Shown here: positions 34,801 to 38,423 of the stretch, one piece after another
How positions within the stretch are numbered: position 1 is the first letter of the stretch
How the letters are laid out: every line of letters begins with the position of its first letter
Assembly (NCBI GenBank): GCA_009691445.1
Contig: SICL01000006.1
Location: 2,486 to 66,485, forward strand
Origin: Candidatus Taenariivivens baikalensis
Lineage (GTDB): Bacteria > Omnitrophota > Omnitrophia > Omnitrophales > Aquincolibacteriaceae
Direction of reading: 5' to 3'
Length of the DNA stretch: 64,000 nucleotides
The notes under the pieces: model-generated
Told to the model about the DNA's origin: nothing
The model's input: only the letters and a program-made list of their open reading frames with translations
Database searches by the model: none
Program-made: the position numbers and the translations under genes

Positions 34801-37800
34801 AACTCTGGATTTTGAATCCTTATACCGCGGCAGTCGTCAATCACGATTTAAAACTTCTTGCCGAACAACGGCACAAAGTTGTTTTGGATCCTACAAATCT
34901 GGATTCCATAAGTATCCGCCAGGCTTCAAGTGAAAATCTGATGGTGGTGATTCGCCCGACAGTCAAGTTGTGGGACACTGCCCCAAAATGGCCGATTCCG
35001 CTTTATTTTTCCGCAAGGGATGGAAGTGAATTACCGAGAGATTCTGGATATAGCCCTGACGGTGTTGACAGGATTTATTTATGGAGACCTTTGTACGACC
35101 AAGCGCGTCACGATCTTCGATCCCGTTTTGATTCCGGGAAAAAGGATATTTCCGTGACCGTCCAGGTTTCTGCGCTCACGAGTTCTGCCTTAGCAAATCA
35201 TCTTTCTGTGGAATGGCGTGCCCCAAACGGCGTGTGGGTGGAGGGATTTCTTCCGACTGCGTCCATTCCCGGAGCCTCAAAGGCTCATGAAAATCTTCTT
35301 TATCAGAATCTGAAGGTTTATCCAGGTAAAATTCATAGCGACCATTTTGTTTTTTTTACCGAAGGGCCTAAATCCGAAATTGCGAGTGAATTGGAAGCGC
35401 TATCGTCAGGTCAAAGGACGGCACCCGCCATTCCACCGCGCGTTTCTCCTTTTTATGAAAGTGAACCGGATTTTAGCGTCCACTCTTTTTCCAGAGAAGG
35501 TTATGAATCGGCAGCCGCTTCTCAAACCAACGAAGGGGTTTTAGCGGAATTGACAGATGCGCTCAATCAATTTTCGAACCGGGTGATTCTTGTCGAAGTT
35601 ATCGGAGCTTCGTTTAAAGGAAATGGTTTGAATGTGATTTATCAGGGTGTGCAGGGATTTATTCATAAAAATCATTTAAGGGGATCAGTAAGTGACTACC
35701 CGCGTGGAAATCATATTTCTGTTTGGGTCATGACGGTTGACCGGACTCGGAATCCGTCCCGGCCGTTCGTGCAGTTTTGTGAAGTCCACCCCCGTTCTGA
35801 AGTGCGGAATTCAGGGGTATCACCGCAGTCCGATAGTGATGGAGTTTACCGGGAATTACAAGCAATGGATGCTTTGGGTCTGGATGACCGGCCATACCTG
35901 AGTGTGCAAGTCCTTGGAGTGAGTCGAAGGGGTACGGGTGTAAATGTTGAATATAAGGGAGTACCAGGATTTATTTTATACAACCTTCTTAAGAAACCTG
36001 TGCGTGAGTATCATCCTGGAGATTTCATTGATGTAATTTTTCACAGTATGAAACAGTTGCGGAATTCTTCGCGTCCATTTGTAGAATTTTGGGAACGCCA
36101 GCAGGAAGGAGGATATCGTTCCGAAGTACGCTCCGAAGTGCGCAGCCTGTCAGCCCGTGAACTGGTGCACCCGTTAATCGGTACACCGGAAACCGGCGCA
36201 CAGGCTAACCGGAATACGCGTTCAGAAGCGCGGATGGATCGACGCGATTTTATACAATCCTTTTTCGCTTTGGCTGAAAGTGCGGTCTCTTTGGGCGCGG
36301 TCTTGGGTATTAGTTATTTGATGATCCTTCCGCGTTCGGAAGTGCGAAAAGGGTTTTCGGGACAGCGAGTGAACCTGCCAACGGATTTAAATCCAGGGCA
36401 CGCGATTACCCGGTCACCCGTTAAACCGGATCGCCGATCGGAAGTGCGTTCTGCTTCACCAAAGCCTCGCATCCTTGTCATTGAAGTGAATGCTGCCTTG
36501 TATCGAGTGGCGGAGAAAAGCTTCGGCGAAGTGTTTGAGGCTTTAAAGTCAGAAATTGAAAAAAAGCTGCCACTTGGCGTGAATGTTGGGAATTTCGTTT
36601 CGATGACAGACGGTAATGTCGTTGTGATGGGTAGCAATGATTTGCTTGTGCGTCAAAGAAATTTTTCTAATCCATTTGGGGGCGCCAAACTGACAGTTCG
36701 CTACGCAGATCTTCGCTCGGAAGTCAGGAGCTTAGGAATCCATTCGGCAACGCAGATTGTTCCTCATCTTGGAAAGTTTGATGGAGCTTTGACGGCAAAC
36801 GTTAACCACCACTCTCATCGGCACTCTGATGATCATATCGCTCTGAAAGACGGCCGGTTGATCACCGTTCTGGTCGATGATGAGCCGTATAAAAGATCCA
36901 TTGATTTGACTTTGACGGACCCTGACGACTTAAGCAAACTCTACGTTAAGGTTCGCAAGGTTGAACAGGCGGGTACGTGGGATGTGTTATTAGCTGACTT
37001 ACGGGAAAATGTCACTTCGATGATTAACAAGTCTGATTCGCTGGGTGAGGTTGCGAAGAGCCTGACGGCACTTAATCTCGCACGTTATCAATCCAAGCAG
37101 AAGTCTATTCTCTATGTGGGGACGTTTTATCAAATAGATGAAACCCTCCGGCCATTTGCCTTAATGATTAAGGATGGTTTGACAGAAAATCAACTGAGGT
37201 TCAATTTTAATTTTTCGAATCGAATGATTGCCGATGAAAATGTTTCGAATCCCTTAAAGATTCCATCGATGTGGAGTACGGAGAGTGTTTTCAAGATCAA
37301 GTTGAAGGTCAGGGAAGAAAAGATTTCGTCGGGTAAAATGCCGGTACTGGCTATTATGCGATTAAAAGCACCCTCTTCTCATTTGTCAGATATCCGGGCA
37401 CATTTACAGCAGCTGGGAATTCAGTATTTGATGCGGGCCGAAGTTTCTTATGCCGACGGCACTAAAATAGATCTGGAGCCTCAGGTAAGGGTGGCCAGCC
37501 TGGAAGCCTTGCGGAATTCTCCTTTTGATTCAAGTGTCCGTAAAGTGCTGGGGCAGTTGAAAGGGTTGCGAAGTCTAGCGCTTGCGGCAAGAAGCGGCAG
37601 AACTGACGGATCACTTTTGGATGGATTGGAACGTTCTGAAATTCGGACGGACTTGCCCGTTCAAGAATTTGAGGATCAGGGGCAGTTGATCAGCCGGATT
37701 TTCCGGCAGGGGATTGTACCGCTGGTGAAGATGGGCGAGGCCGCCCGTGCGTGGGTGGTAGCTGTTTACGGAAAAACGAAGACGACAGCGAGGGAATCGT

Positions 37801-38423
37801 CTGCAACACTTCAGGATTTGAGGCAGGCGGCACAGAATCAGCTTGCGCGTTTTTCTGCACTCAACCGGGTTTTGAATCAAACCCATCCAAGATCTTCGTC
37901 GCAGCCGATCATTTCAAAGATTTCCGGAACGCCGGGTTTAGCGTCGGCGGCTTCCATCATTCCCTTTTTACTCAGCCGTCCGGATCAACGATATATTATT
38001 TCGACAGATCTTTCAGTGTCCGATCGCAATCGTTTTTATCTGGAATTTGATGCCTACGTTCAAAACCATCTTGGCGTAAAACTTCAGCAGGTTCCGAATC
38101 TTCAGATTTTGTCACAAGGCTCTGTGGAGGCTTTGGCGAGTGAGTATCCGCAAGGAGTGGTCGTGCTTTCGTCGGAGGAAGCTTCTCTGGATTCTCTGAA
38201 AAGTTTATCTGTCCCGGCGCTGAAGATTCTTCTCCCGGATGCGAATCACAGCCCGTACGTTGTGGGTATGTCGGATCTTCTCAGCCGCAACACGCTTGCT
38301 CAGCTCTTGGGCAATTCCAGCCGTCGAATGCTCCCAGCCGCCAGTCTCTTTTCTTCCGAGCGCTTAAGCCGGATCTTAAGTGATATGCGCCTCTATCAGC
38401 AGTCCTTCCAAGTCGCCGCCTAA
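13875..38423 (+). CDS. Giant 8182-aa multi-module protein: signal peptide, TIKI/TraB-like N-domain, and cargo modules separated by ~28 RSE[VLMAI]R motifs
   Basis: Uninterrupted 24.5-kb ORF with many recognisable in-frame enzyme domains; N-terminus homologous to the ORF at 61588. Confidence 0.93.
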   Translation: MTSTRSYFYSRKFPRKLIAFLTALFFVLESFFVTPQTWAAAVPFEVQVPASLDLKLSPELGTIESLKTGSGPLIIHIQEAHGNYETQKKIQGILHSLHSQYGIDRILLEGTAFKLHPELARFYPENPALNEKVLEALAKQGIAIGPELFLAKTPEAEAYGIEDVKPYVANGVAFKEVLIQKEKTKKFLSLLDQQIRAFSGTYLNDPLRRFLDRTASFENHPDTLNDPLNILKLQAKENLALDLESPLAQFDWPQLVRLNVLAEMEGKFEGGAFAKEKEAFLRAIKAYTWKEEGRGKKEEKERKTSLPSSIFSLLSSEFSTPAPPNLETQMESLVSQLPSDFDYKAYPNVNRFIGHKLLAAELKGDALLKEIEILTAKITDKLAKTKEEKEIVELLKSYKLLKKLFALELTAEEYEQVVSRRQKAVGSKEPEKGSSAYCILPTAFLSRFAALNHENRIKDLNFRVGSKIDALYEKALEFYRLAKERDGIMIKNIEKILRSETRNPKLETRNKSKIQNQKFETTQKSSSVLDLNHSNFEFISDFGFRVSSLPKAVVVITGGFHSKPFATYFKDHGYSYALITPKMISTEGRETYVDFILKNFSPAQTSNFKIAPRVMSTPSELLSLGFGSKNIQRMRSEVRGISKKDYEKLAHDARDPRARRGWVQPKTSVTGRRYHRRGIGQAAFRDRSQVRSELRTQGSEHLLADRMTKALLQADPDISGQAGLDVAHIRGSASAGSILKALETLNTEEFKALRLDLKEKFEQQLATFVAIKPHALKEEAALIEGFVKAGFTVHLGPQVQFDEIKARNFYRAHAFEPFFISQLLPEITKGPARILILERALGNAVAEARKVVDQIRSDRGVTNKDPQNYVHASDDGEEGSAWRESGIAVSTSEEIMENISQAIEASAHPYDQLKSAQSLVAIGQVDPQGNGRKLLEGLKVPFGFDWERDSVAAKKILERALVIPQKRSELRKPEARQVRKSNLQRDQSPALALRRLTSVGRNILSLGSLFIWILRQIPTWFSSLVTRRNNSGTATFTASSTPINLDSIRSNLSSAAALHSQNPRTSPAITLIPDLSDSSKVPTSVGVYILFSSLFSMVRSSPIFKWGRSLLSLQGAVNINFSQFLIPYELYLRAGRSEVRQGWKDTLFQFGQTVDLSSVSGERIASVWNLSTHYALKFSTTLKQLGEGAIFRLFLDDLDRTDVILEQARAGGITDAVHFREFQDPALRLAAMSYLVTGTVMSREEMIRRFDSKRRTNQDEYNLAGAQVALDTILNAYRDENSFVFNDHQVRAFGLELHQLKGTELNPSFAKRLLSRALHIVLDPIPRSELRMTGTPKLKNIIPTPTFFMKDAKGKIIVKEAAVRAHMRYLKDTLHGEYILPAGATGEFQKMNPELRRSAIEITTREAKAVGLITFTNVTGDDEEETIGNALAAQAAGANFLVIAALYFLEKSSDIEAFIPKMRELGVTLPLALYNNPGLPKIQAYDSTREKEITSDAVGDLYRKELIFAIKNSGSAKLTEEYIRTGTPTYIGDESALDTASKIRGDKGESLYGLVGSSGNFMAIFQRIAETKNDEVRAALQAIINKIRPTLIALNLDPTRGPPHKIAQIIKYLLSKKDPVMSDDVSLDGTPALTEEEITAINAIQPLLMTFPEIQFQTNVESPFMKLEGGDSIDLRGLVGQLTEFRDRLIEGLGKWGNKKLFIGVSFQKKGDREIEIYDTTSQGLIATINATHYKVGFKLIAETLNPYLLPQNFSAPSAPAPATRLDSAGPSVPNAAVTEYQKLFNDLTGSLGSGWDITSENGHWLKIAVPQGGTTDPANPAFVGFALNFEREILFGWGTFRVHFYPKEGKLAGIVYREGKFYAVGDFASQDQNQIFAFLNIEEYRAASHSYTELAFLSSRRSELRMNRHAFLKKAAVVATGILFLPKTPSLADSPRVLPPIRLIPSLNPFQPELDGLIDAAEKIIPRKLGAGFPVIRRIQEGEYRAKILFLSGNLSWDLKHLKQMLADFSGQSLAKPEDWLILPEFLRHYQNVTLENFHGLPHEVAILLAQAKRIPMQDPFVSILQPETVRKILAEAKRRKLDLSREEILAYLLISWTQGMHPVSFGNNSVALAIQFLRDAWKKENDAPGVQELYEAAVSFVKKMNDSEFRVKMNRINKLNAEFLQKNPKAKDNLAWEWGKHYLALGETKSFTREELLGHWVIHTALQQFNGKIPDFMEGMIILMEKGWKAAGVSYEELHRGFLGWMPKIGQRDLSLKSKAAEELVLETYSRLTKSSLAATLSRSSAKNVIALLHAPPEAREGIEKVFQEHLQRLSSQRPELRLGAPRSELRQNRPPFGSFHEFVEKHAVKIETQNSLMVYVGKGKGKEDSKEMTEWAAARALIDANIAHNKLFGVDGQKKRFVAVFATGSTMIGIYKKVIILADQHEEKEGIDFSTARSYNLDENGGLAPDHPQSYRYFMNHHLFNGLTERIKEKAFSLDHTYVFPGNLPPAEYPAEFERVHKEIESYGGIDFLYLGSGENGHFGFVEPPYLINLDFAEFLLKNPKQSLDALFTEKPDEYRFLRDSNDFILEKSIQGDSRALTQRILDLRNQIRGALHEGLEKGGRNGDMAQDFRTARGRYYEEEASKKRFKLAAKWYHTNSFPVKIKAALKKYGRRLLHEQMTTIYFKEGSVLENLREPMELPTVQFKTLKELFATPAKLSFLNAKTPIVNSRLVENFDTVPLWAPTMDGGLVFSAKKIIQVITGPMKTDAALKIVTGPVSHDVPSSYLQLMQPGSTIILLDQAAAQKILLYQASRSEVRGDVSKGASEEIIAKSVSVLEMLDANFRLVQRANEWLVHNNELFPTKLLRFKYMHPIKGGVNMAQRQKGRWLAPEITQGFRRAKAEWEDGVPKEIFEILPSQKLNLDALLENIEALFSRRFLRSSSAPKWFKEFSEVVKASADEKIVELVSVERSSEDEAKRKVAAVLLKIKFDLLGIAQEKAIQAYRAFMMNDYENAAKFIKEAQEASDEGQAKRLKRPPQEPLYNKDEAIKEAFKSALKALEKLQTRSEMRSVSIPDAVEGLRPAIAETEEVWGGPMWKKDELFDFLKQSLEPGRNPIQNKIVSIFVPRAVVPNEARMGLTPAGVKILRKLEALLRKVDPEIQIKIYVEEGSGVNRDTGETYYSDFNYSLEGAVVLPYGVFVDKAGAVGPHKIVVDIKEPPPSAFPFLKDAVLFTFLHPASSKKMTQKLLKTVRAGFAYESIFFKNQRQVAKVPILDPASRAAGKATAVRYASLVKYRKDHPAKELTGLAWLADKIKYLFLFVFTFGRVRISESDEVEIIFRENMNLKSLEEMKNLQGILDGKTVTILGGGIVAEEAMLYLSGFGARVYVTEVEEGRRQELAELISGKELQEKITVLTRGNPKQPIEFETKIRDALENSNAIIGTISIPGARTPIEITRALYKKLVSKKTLAVRDESNHPGDGQANAEFARKLEFVGVPSIDQGGDIEGARPAKFKHGWLRDWFGVIWFAVTNIPCAGDPRETSEKMQLAKMTYLTLLILTELMGEKFLLQVFQKFPEMKPGMVMLRGHLTNAKVAAALRLPFVAPEPLIGSPVRSEVRSLNTTGAIPDAVRFSDFLLRLLPEITKSFSRRSEVRSTGVTKQDMAPLIFSKLLKGFVHRTQAEAGDGAVSYSVIPERAEFTRWLNIQQARASEELILKGLQSMERAGVYLYDGITLEELENQHKYYLGHATSVILMTLGAALGFWRVLENQSLENVQLEKLGLATNQLDSFAVFLRSLGEIFNKQILPTGIQGRALAEQMNEILARMGSLTRFDVNDPIHPLPSPLKKTPMPETAAVISPVIRIELNAENYRGKTVREFLDAYSPKIMSQLPEGSELYGFNTVNIAGRIVSGANKLEYQITGKKLVFSYPNQKARSEVRSLLAREPVHPLTSIPGMDDVSFLTLLKGFDRLTQAEAGEGAVSYSVIPESPDLTRWLNIQEARSSEALILHELQIMERAGVYLYDGITREELKYYLGNETAVILMTLGAALGFWRVAKGSRLEDIQFKKLGLTTEYINAFALILRRDLARLISDIGINRDDGQYQVGEFFLYTNTKKIKGAAIQDIINRSTGYLFSALLKKRINLHEEFSMRELVNLPDFPLGHYCLIRLLLAGQILEYWKVEASSINNFSIRLLPAGLEILAEQSFQQSALRESVARPESPQSRPSEITTVATPAPVFAFTPLPPKPVQIPSAAKPAVSSNVIRIELNAENYRGKTVKEFLDQHRQKIMSQLPAGSELYGFNTVNIAGTIVSGHHKLDCKITGKNLVFFYPNPKARSEVRTVLFDDNFQFSKRPEADVAAEKQYADAKIEEFKTVVQAQFGQSGAAVHAKVKEATDAWLNLINEFVKDLEPISVDDEGDPLYKRNGTYLRIITFDIRPKKLYQFYWERSNPEGEADPYERFDFFDVAIQNGVIIDFFPFTDVEIIRGEGGRASRQDLAILGQGISFIDFENEKRKEGLFSDLHAKLVDEFQRIKSLRDDRGLDVTSWPTGREPDAKLTQIRSRIINLKNQLVERIVFQEVESAGRILSASDREFNSAVDIAVLMGTIINRFRKLVMQAQVQSLDDLRKLAFDIAPELARSEVQKGLAGEQVRESTGLNPGHAITRSPAKPDRRSELRNNLVQEFQVIYKGQNTAVTVREMNLEDLESGEHPHFESAPLSQLLKTTWMSRGKDGRDQTQEAYVNRNGQVFLENEYGLQLLAEKERGGNKGDSNFGSMRQDREQGFFQSILIREAIILLTNLREPPKPKQVASAPEVVHRKYSPFGYRGGSAPKVQRNLPQPQKPEPVIQAQAAMLEWFDEAENRHRRVVLITDRGKYPVAREGVFGESSPRPKVETNFVFDQDRMNQPDDLEMLRALDLQTSIIKKYIAPKVFAAAPPAPSLAAVAAAPPTNPKPWQTRLAATYVSQREMEAELSEEGRFSGAYTKEGMFRSSIFHGKDFQEGVFVEGRMREGRRGALKEAGFNGVFHREGEFYVGIEMQIDSKTALIKPEKIRAIIQKKDGWFVACEIPLMLYSDAANSKFFSDWADIMAKALRKLVREHPLENQPYFEGKLQEIFPPAVMLPFPESMSARPQTFPEQVVSDASTIEIAPGFFAFIHAEPQGGEYDPWTRRRIRPTHYEYSVRFKDHLSRAVEKKGYNIRDRRETVLGYQVTIKPGDNNSSAKVSAVKTVGPVEVQLLVDGSEKQPKREIPPIKISSLQVNRSNPQDASISLEGKSIAIGETQQIGRFDIYFKGYAQSTIEGVPPAVILIILPRSEVRKGLAGQRVNLPTDLNPGHAITRSLVKPDRRSEVRSTPLVSDQSRDVSKAFIPQAFKPFYFYDRERRPSVESQVPASVFLLDPRVDASLNKNEAHGVFLKLKSKGDRVLIYDYHVTPNPYGQTAEEISNRSAYINHLEVNLDEHGHLESFMIHKGDLSRHRRHPWIFGDVEAWLSAQKGKPFNISNPEFPKQIQPGARRLPAVPQAGRVRTMDAKNPNWVTPEDSGLELLVSRLGDPAQPVVFNRLQQMQEKILEMGPVAWSFLLDLYPSFTRQPKIQQEIKMILLQAGPAVIPVLQGYIDHRREPQAVLATELLHQINPFIVDDHAESPIAHISEMNLPLPSNLEPANLIVLGGMGAVAQVFYETHMKALAQRYGVTLTAVDLMPQDAALARIKAENLPYQTYIQVPNRPLNGPETDFMKQLLAQNPKGVLILTRPNSHLDFTRWALNNGIKAYVEKPFSLPEDTVTMAKLHERFERAIFAIDFFFDNESALKGFEMLQSNFFGDLVSIKGSMIESNLIENGRGWLVDRKINGGGMGPDMLVHLVALAELLLTKFKPSSDPSRHLSLEQFKLDYQKSKQWRYRGAPKGQETYLHAIGNLGHVPVDLDAGKGLHECAYFMILQGTKGTLEINLGNHKKNQKPFLELRSRSGEIVYHEDFGADIGYAGAVRKIFEHLQDQKRPDGKPAVSDRELDFRVRAVKTSVDLVDKVNGALGGEFFYHNAGQNPAELSVPERVGERANRLMPLQSNLINPVTREKMQIRRQPGGDAYRHYYDLYRSSQGDLRFEGVTIQLLADSLLVDNLKIPAIQGYREDGYAIPILKWALELAQKIYPDSEYPLLISQDDVTMLPVLDGIFDPASIELRNNMDGTWGHLKDPAFNLYHIFGGSYSREPKDEGAIILADPQSYFPLGTAQIRKQGENYLLVSSSLPAASIKFQGPLIRASYRGKPLRIIFPHQTMAIRGLPKKWDADAAAVTRRLELPATLAEINILIDGGNIVDAIRSFTRSRASLDSQSVNMIAERLRQSYLDPLVVVGKLGGTSMAFETASPYGLLGYRNSSPTITKPDKADTAVEVVERIVKTILDVMKPYVEEDPSAINRFMAIRFSAPGYFDSEGNLIEDEENIPKIKAGFNFSKEVFQALTSALQRKGWTRHESLPPIEVTVEHDGTAGARGEISEFGTFPGDGDLFFLIAGTGIGSRRFKDGKPFFGDKRVQGLANEGPHHLQFNESKEHPDFAYRALQTQGFPIKRFKPGHARQIRVPNLEEILQYGPHLIDLEDLTSGPNIEKYAAEVLRKFNQHSEHNAEKAEQRKLAFDILNEVGFNFESVSTKLLGEKARAGNTLAQRIIRQRARLLGIGLAVMLVEQYKVFGAEEFGIPKHVILGSGVSQLGSVFLDAVREGFKERLDKYYTARQEYTFDPHRQIVLSKVMDDTGREFYGFLPTPTEAAAYKQKLGSLSRSEARMDRRDFIQSFIALTESAVSLGAALGISYLIILPRSEMRKRLAGQRVNLPTDLNPGHAITRSPANPDRRSEVRAVNTEGAIPVRSFDLSANPSRTTEAGLYLIRRLGLLQTSVVPLFQAILKKEDPDPAVELLVTSREGLFLQPPSDEFMTVRRLSGRDSLYRLDLKDKTITPLTFPGVLNPFSDGNGKPFAPLTPFPAEQGAVHFALVDRDLKLWILNPYTAAVVNHDLKLLAEQRHKVVLDPTNLDSISIRQASSENLMVVIRPTVKLWDTAPKWPIPLYFSARDGSELPRDSGYSPDGVDRIYLWRPLYDQARHDLRSRFDSGKKDISVTVQVSALTSSALANHLSVEWRAPNGVWVEGFLPTASIPGASKAHENLLYQNLKVYPGKIHSDHFVFFTEGPKSEIASELEALSSGQRTAPAIPPRVSPFYESEPDFSVHSFSREGYESAAASQTNEGVLAELTDALNQFSNRVILVEVIGASFKGNGLNVIYQGVQGFIHKNHLRGSVSDYPRGNHISVWVMTVDRTRNPSRPFVQFCEVHPRSEVRNSGVSPQSDSDGVYRELQAMDALGLDDRPYLSVQVLGVSRRGTGVNVEYKGVPGFILYNLLKKPVREYHPGDFIDVIFHSMKQLRNSSRPFVEFWERQQEGGYRSEVRSEVRSLSARELVHPLIGTPETGAQANRNTRSEARMDRRDFIQSFFALAESAVSLGAVLGISYLMILPRSEVRKGFSGQRVNLPTDLNPGHAITRSPVKPDRRSEVRSASPKPRILVIEVNAALYRVAEKSFGEVFEALKSEIEKKLPLGVNVGNFVSMTDGNVVVMGSNDLLVRQRNFSNPFGGAKLTVRYADLRSEVRSLGIHSATQIVPHLGKFDGALTANVNHHSHRHSDDHIALKDGRLITVLVDDEPYKRSIDLTLTDPDDLSKLYVKVRKVEQAGTWDVLLADLRENVTSMINKSDSLGEVAKSLTALNLARYQSKQKSILYVGTFYQIDETLRPFALMIKDGLTENQLRFNFNFSNRMIADENVSNPLKIPSMWSTESVFKIKLKVREEKISSGKMPVLAIMRLKAPSSHLSDIRAHLQQLGIQYLMRAEVSYADGTKIDLEPQVRVASLEALRNSPFDSSVRKVLGQLKGLRSLALAARSGRTDGSLLDGLERSEIRTDLPVQEFEDQGQLISRIFRQGIVPLVKMGEAARAWVVAVYGKTKTTARESSATLQDLRQAAQNQLARFSALNRVLNQTHPRSSSQPIISKISGTPGLASAASIIPFLLSRPDQRYIISTDLSVSDRNRFYLEFDAYVQNHLGVKLQQVPNLQILSQGSVEALASEYPQGVVVLSSEEASLDSLKSLSVPALKILLPDANHSPYVVGMSDLLSRNTLAQLLGNSSRRMLPAASLFSSERLSRILSDMRLYQQSFQVAA
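14040..15660 (+). other. Giant-protein N-terminal domain, putative TIKI/TraB/EreA-ChaN-fold protease
   Basis: HIQEAH, LLEG, YGIED, ERDGIMIKN and VITGGFH are all matched in the paralog (VQDAH, GVEG, EGLED, QRDTSLFKN, VIAGGFH). Confidence 0.55.
16173..16540 (+). other. Nucleoside-diphosphate kinase domain within the giant protein
   Basis: TFVAIKPHA...FYRAH...PFF...GP...NYVHASD (phospho-His motif). Confidence 0.85.
16832..16906 (-). pseudogene. 24-codon internally deleted paralog of the nested antisense gene
   Basis: GGAG RBS then MNKDPKDKIFRPTDVNRLKAKAGL*, which resembles the N- and C-termini of the 16919-17164 product. Confidence 0.45.
16919..17164 (-). CDS. Nested antisense gene, 81-aa small coiled-coil protein
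   Basis: GGGGAGGA RBS 7 nt before the ATG; upstream promoter; protein-like sequence MLNNDENKMYTPTEVGTLLESLRS...DERFDRIESRL...RVTRLE. Confidence 0.7.
   Translation of the reverse strand: MLNNDENKMYTPTEVGTLLESLRSGISVIAGEVRGFCEWRAAADERFDRIESRLIGVEDAVKVAVPELFRRVTRLENHVGI
17199..17227 (-). promoter_or_regulatory. Sigma70-type promoter TTGACA-N17-TAGACT for the nested antisense gene
   Basis: Minus-strand -35 at 17227-17222 and -10 at 17204-17199. Confidence 0.7.
17868..18830 (+). other. DapA/NanA (DHDPS/NAL)-family aldolase domain within the giant protein
   Basis: PTPTFF, GATGEF, LYNNP, IKNSG (Schiff-base Lys); begins with Met directly after RSELR. Confidence 0.8.
20874..22268 (+). other. Glucosamine-6-phosphate deaminase (NagB)-like domain with a large insertion, within the giant protein
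   Basis: ATGST, NLDE, HPQSYRYFMNHHLF, GGIDFLYLGSGENGHFGFVEP, GPVSHDVPSSYLQ. Confidence 0.85.
23040..24668 (+). other. Alanine dehydrogenase/PNT-family domain within the giant protein
   Basis: EARMGLTPAGV, KEP, LFTFLHPA, AYESI, VTILGGGIVA, IPGARTP, SIDQGG, VTNIP. Confidence 0.85.
30820..31950 (+). other. Gfo/Idh/MocA oxidoreductase domain within the giant protein
   Basis: IVLGGMGAVAQ, YVEKPFS, GGGMGPDMLVH. Confidence 0.8.
32865..34120 (+). other. ROK-family sugar kinase-like domain within the giant protein
   Basis: GKLGGTS, APG, EHDGTAGARGE, AGTGIG, EGPHH, LEDLTSG, VILGSGVS. Confidence 0.78.
35150..36110 (+). other. Two to three S1 (OB-fold) domains within the giant protein
   Basis: GLNVIYQGVQGFIHKNHL...ISVWVMTVD; GVNVEYKGVPGFILYNLL...GDFIDVIF; weaker copy VEGFLPTASI. 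Confidence 0.7.

Larger units (their letters stand above)
27741..36449 (+). repeat. Four dispersed copies of a 102-nt (34-aa) mini-module at 27741, 29766, 34263 and 36333
   Basis: RSExx-KGLAGQRVNLPTDLNPGHAITRSPxKPDR-RSExR; copies are closely similar at DNA level. Confidence 0.9.

Noticed and set aside
27741-36449. Dispersed 102-nt repeats and RSExR DNA as a CRISPR array
   Set aside because: Irregular kb-scale spacing, in-frame coding with synonymous variation, and no cas genes.
13875-38423. Giant ORF as an artefact of stop-codon recoding or misassembly
   Set aside because: Neighbouring genes end in TAA, TAG and TGA normally; junctions carry a consistent motif; a paralog shows the same design. 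Read support is still worth checking.
13875-38423. Inteins as the processing mechanism
   Set aside because: No Cys/Ser...His-Asn intein termini or Hint motifs noticed at module boundaries.
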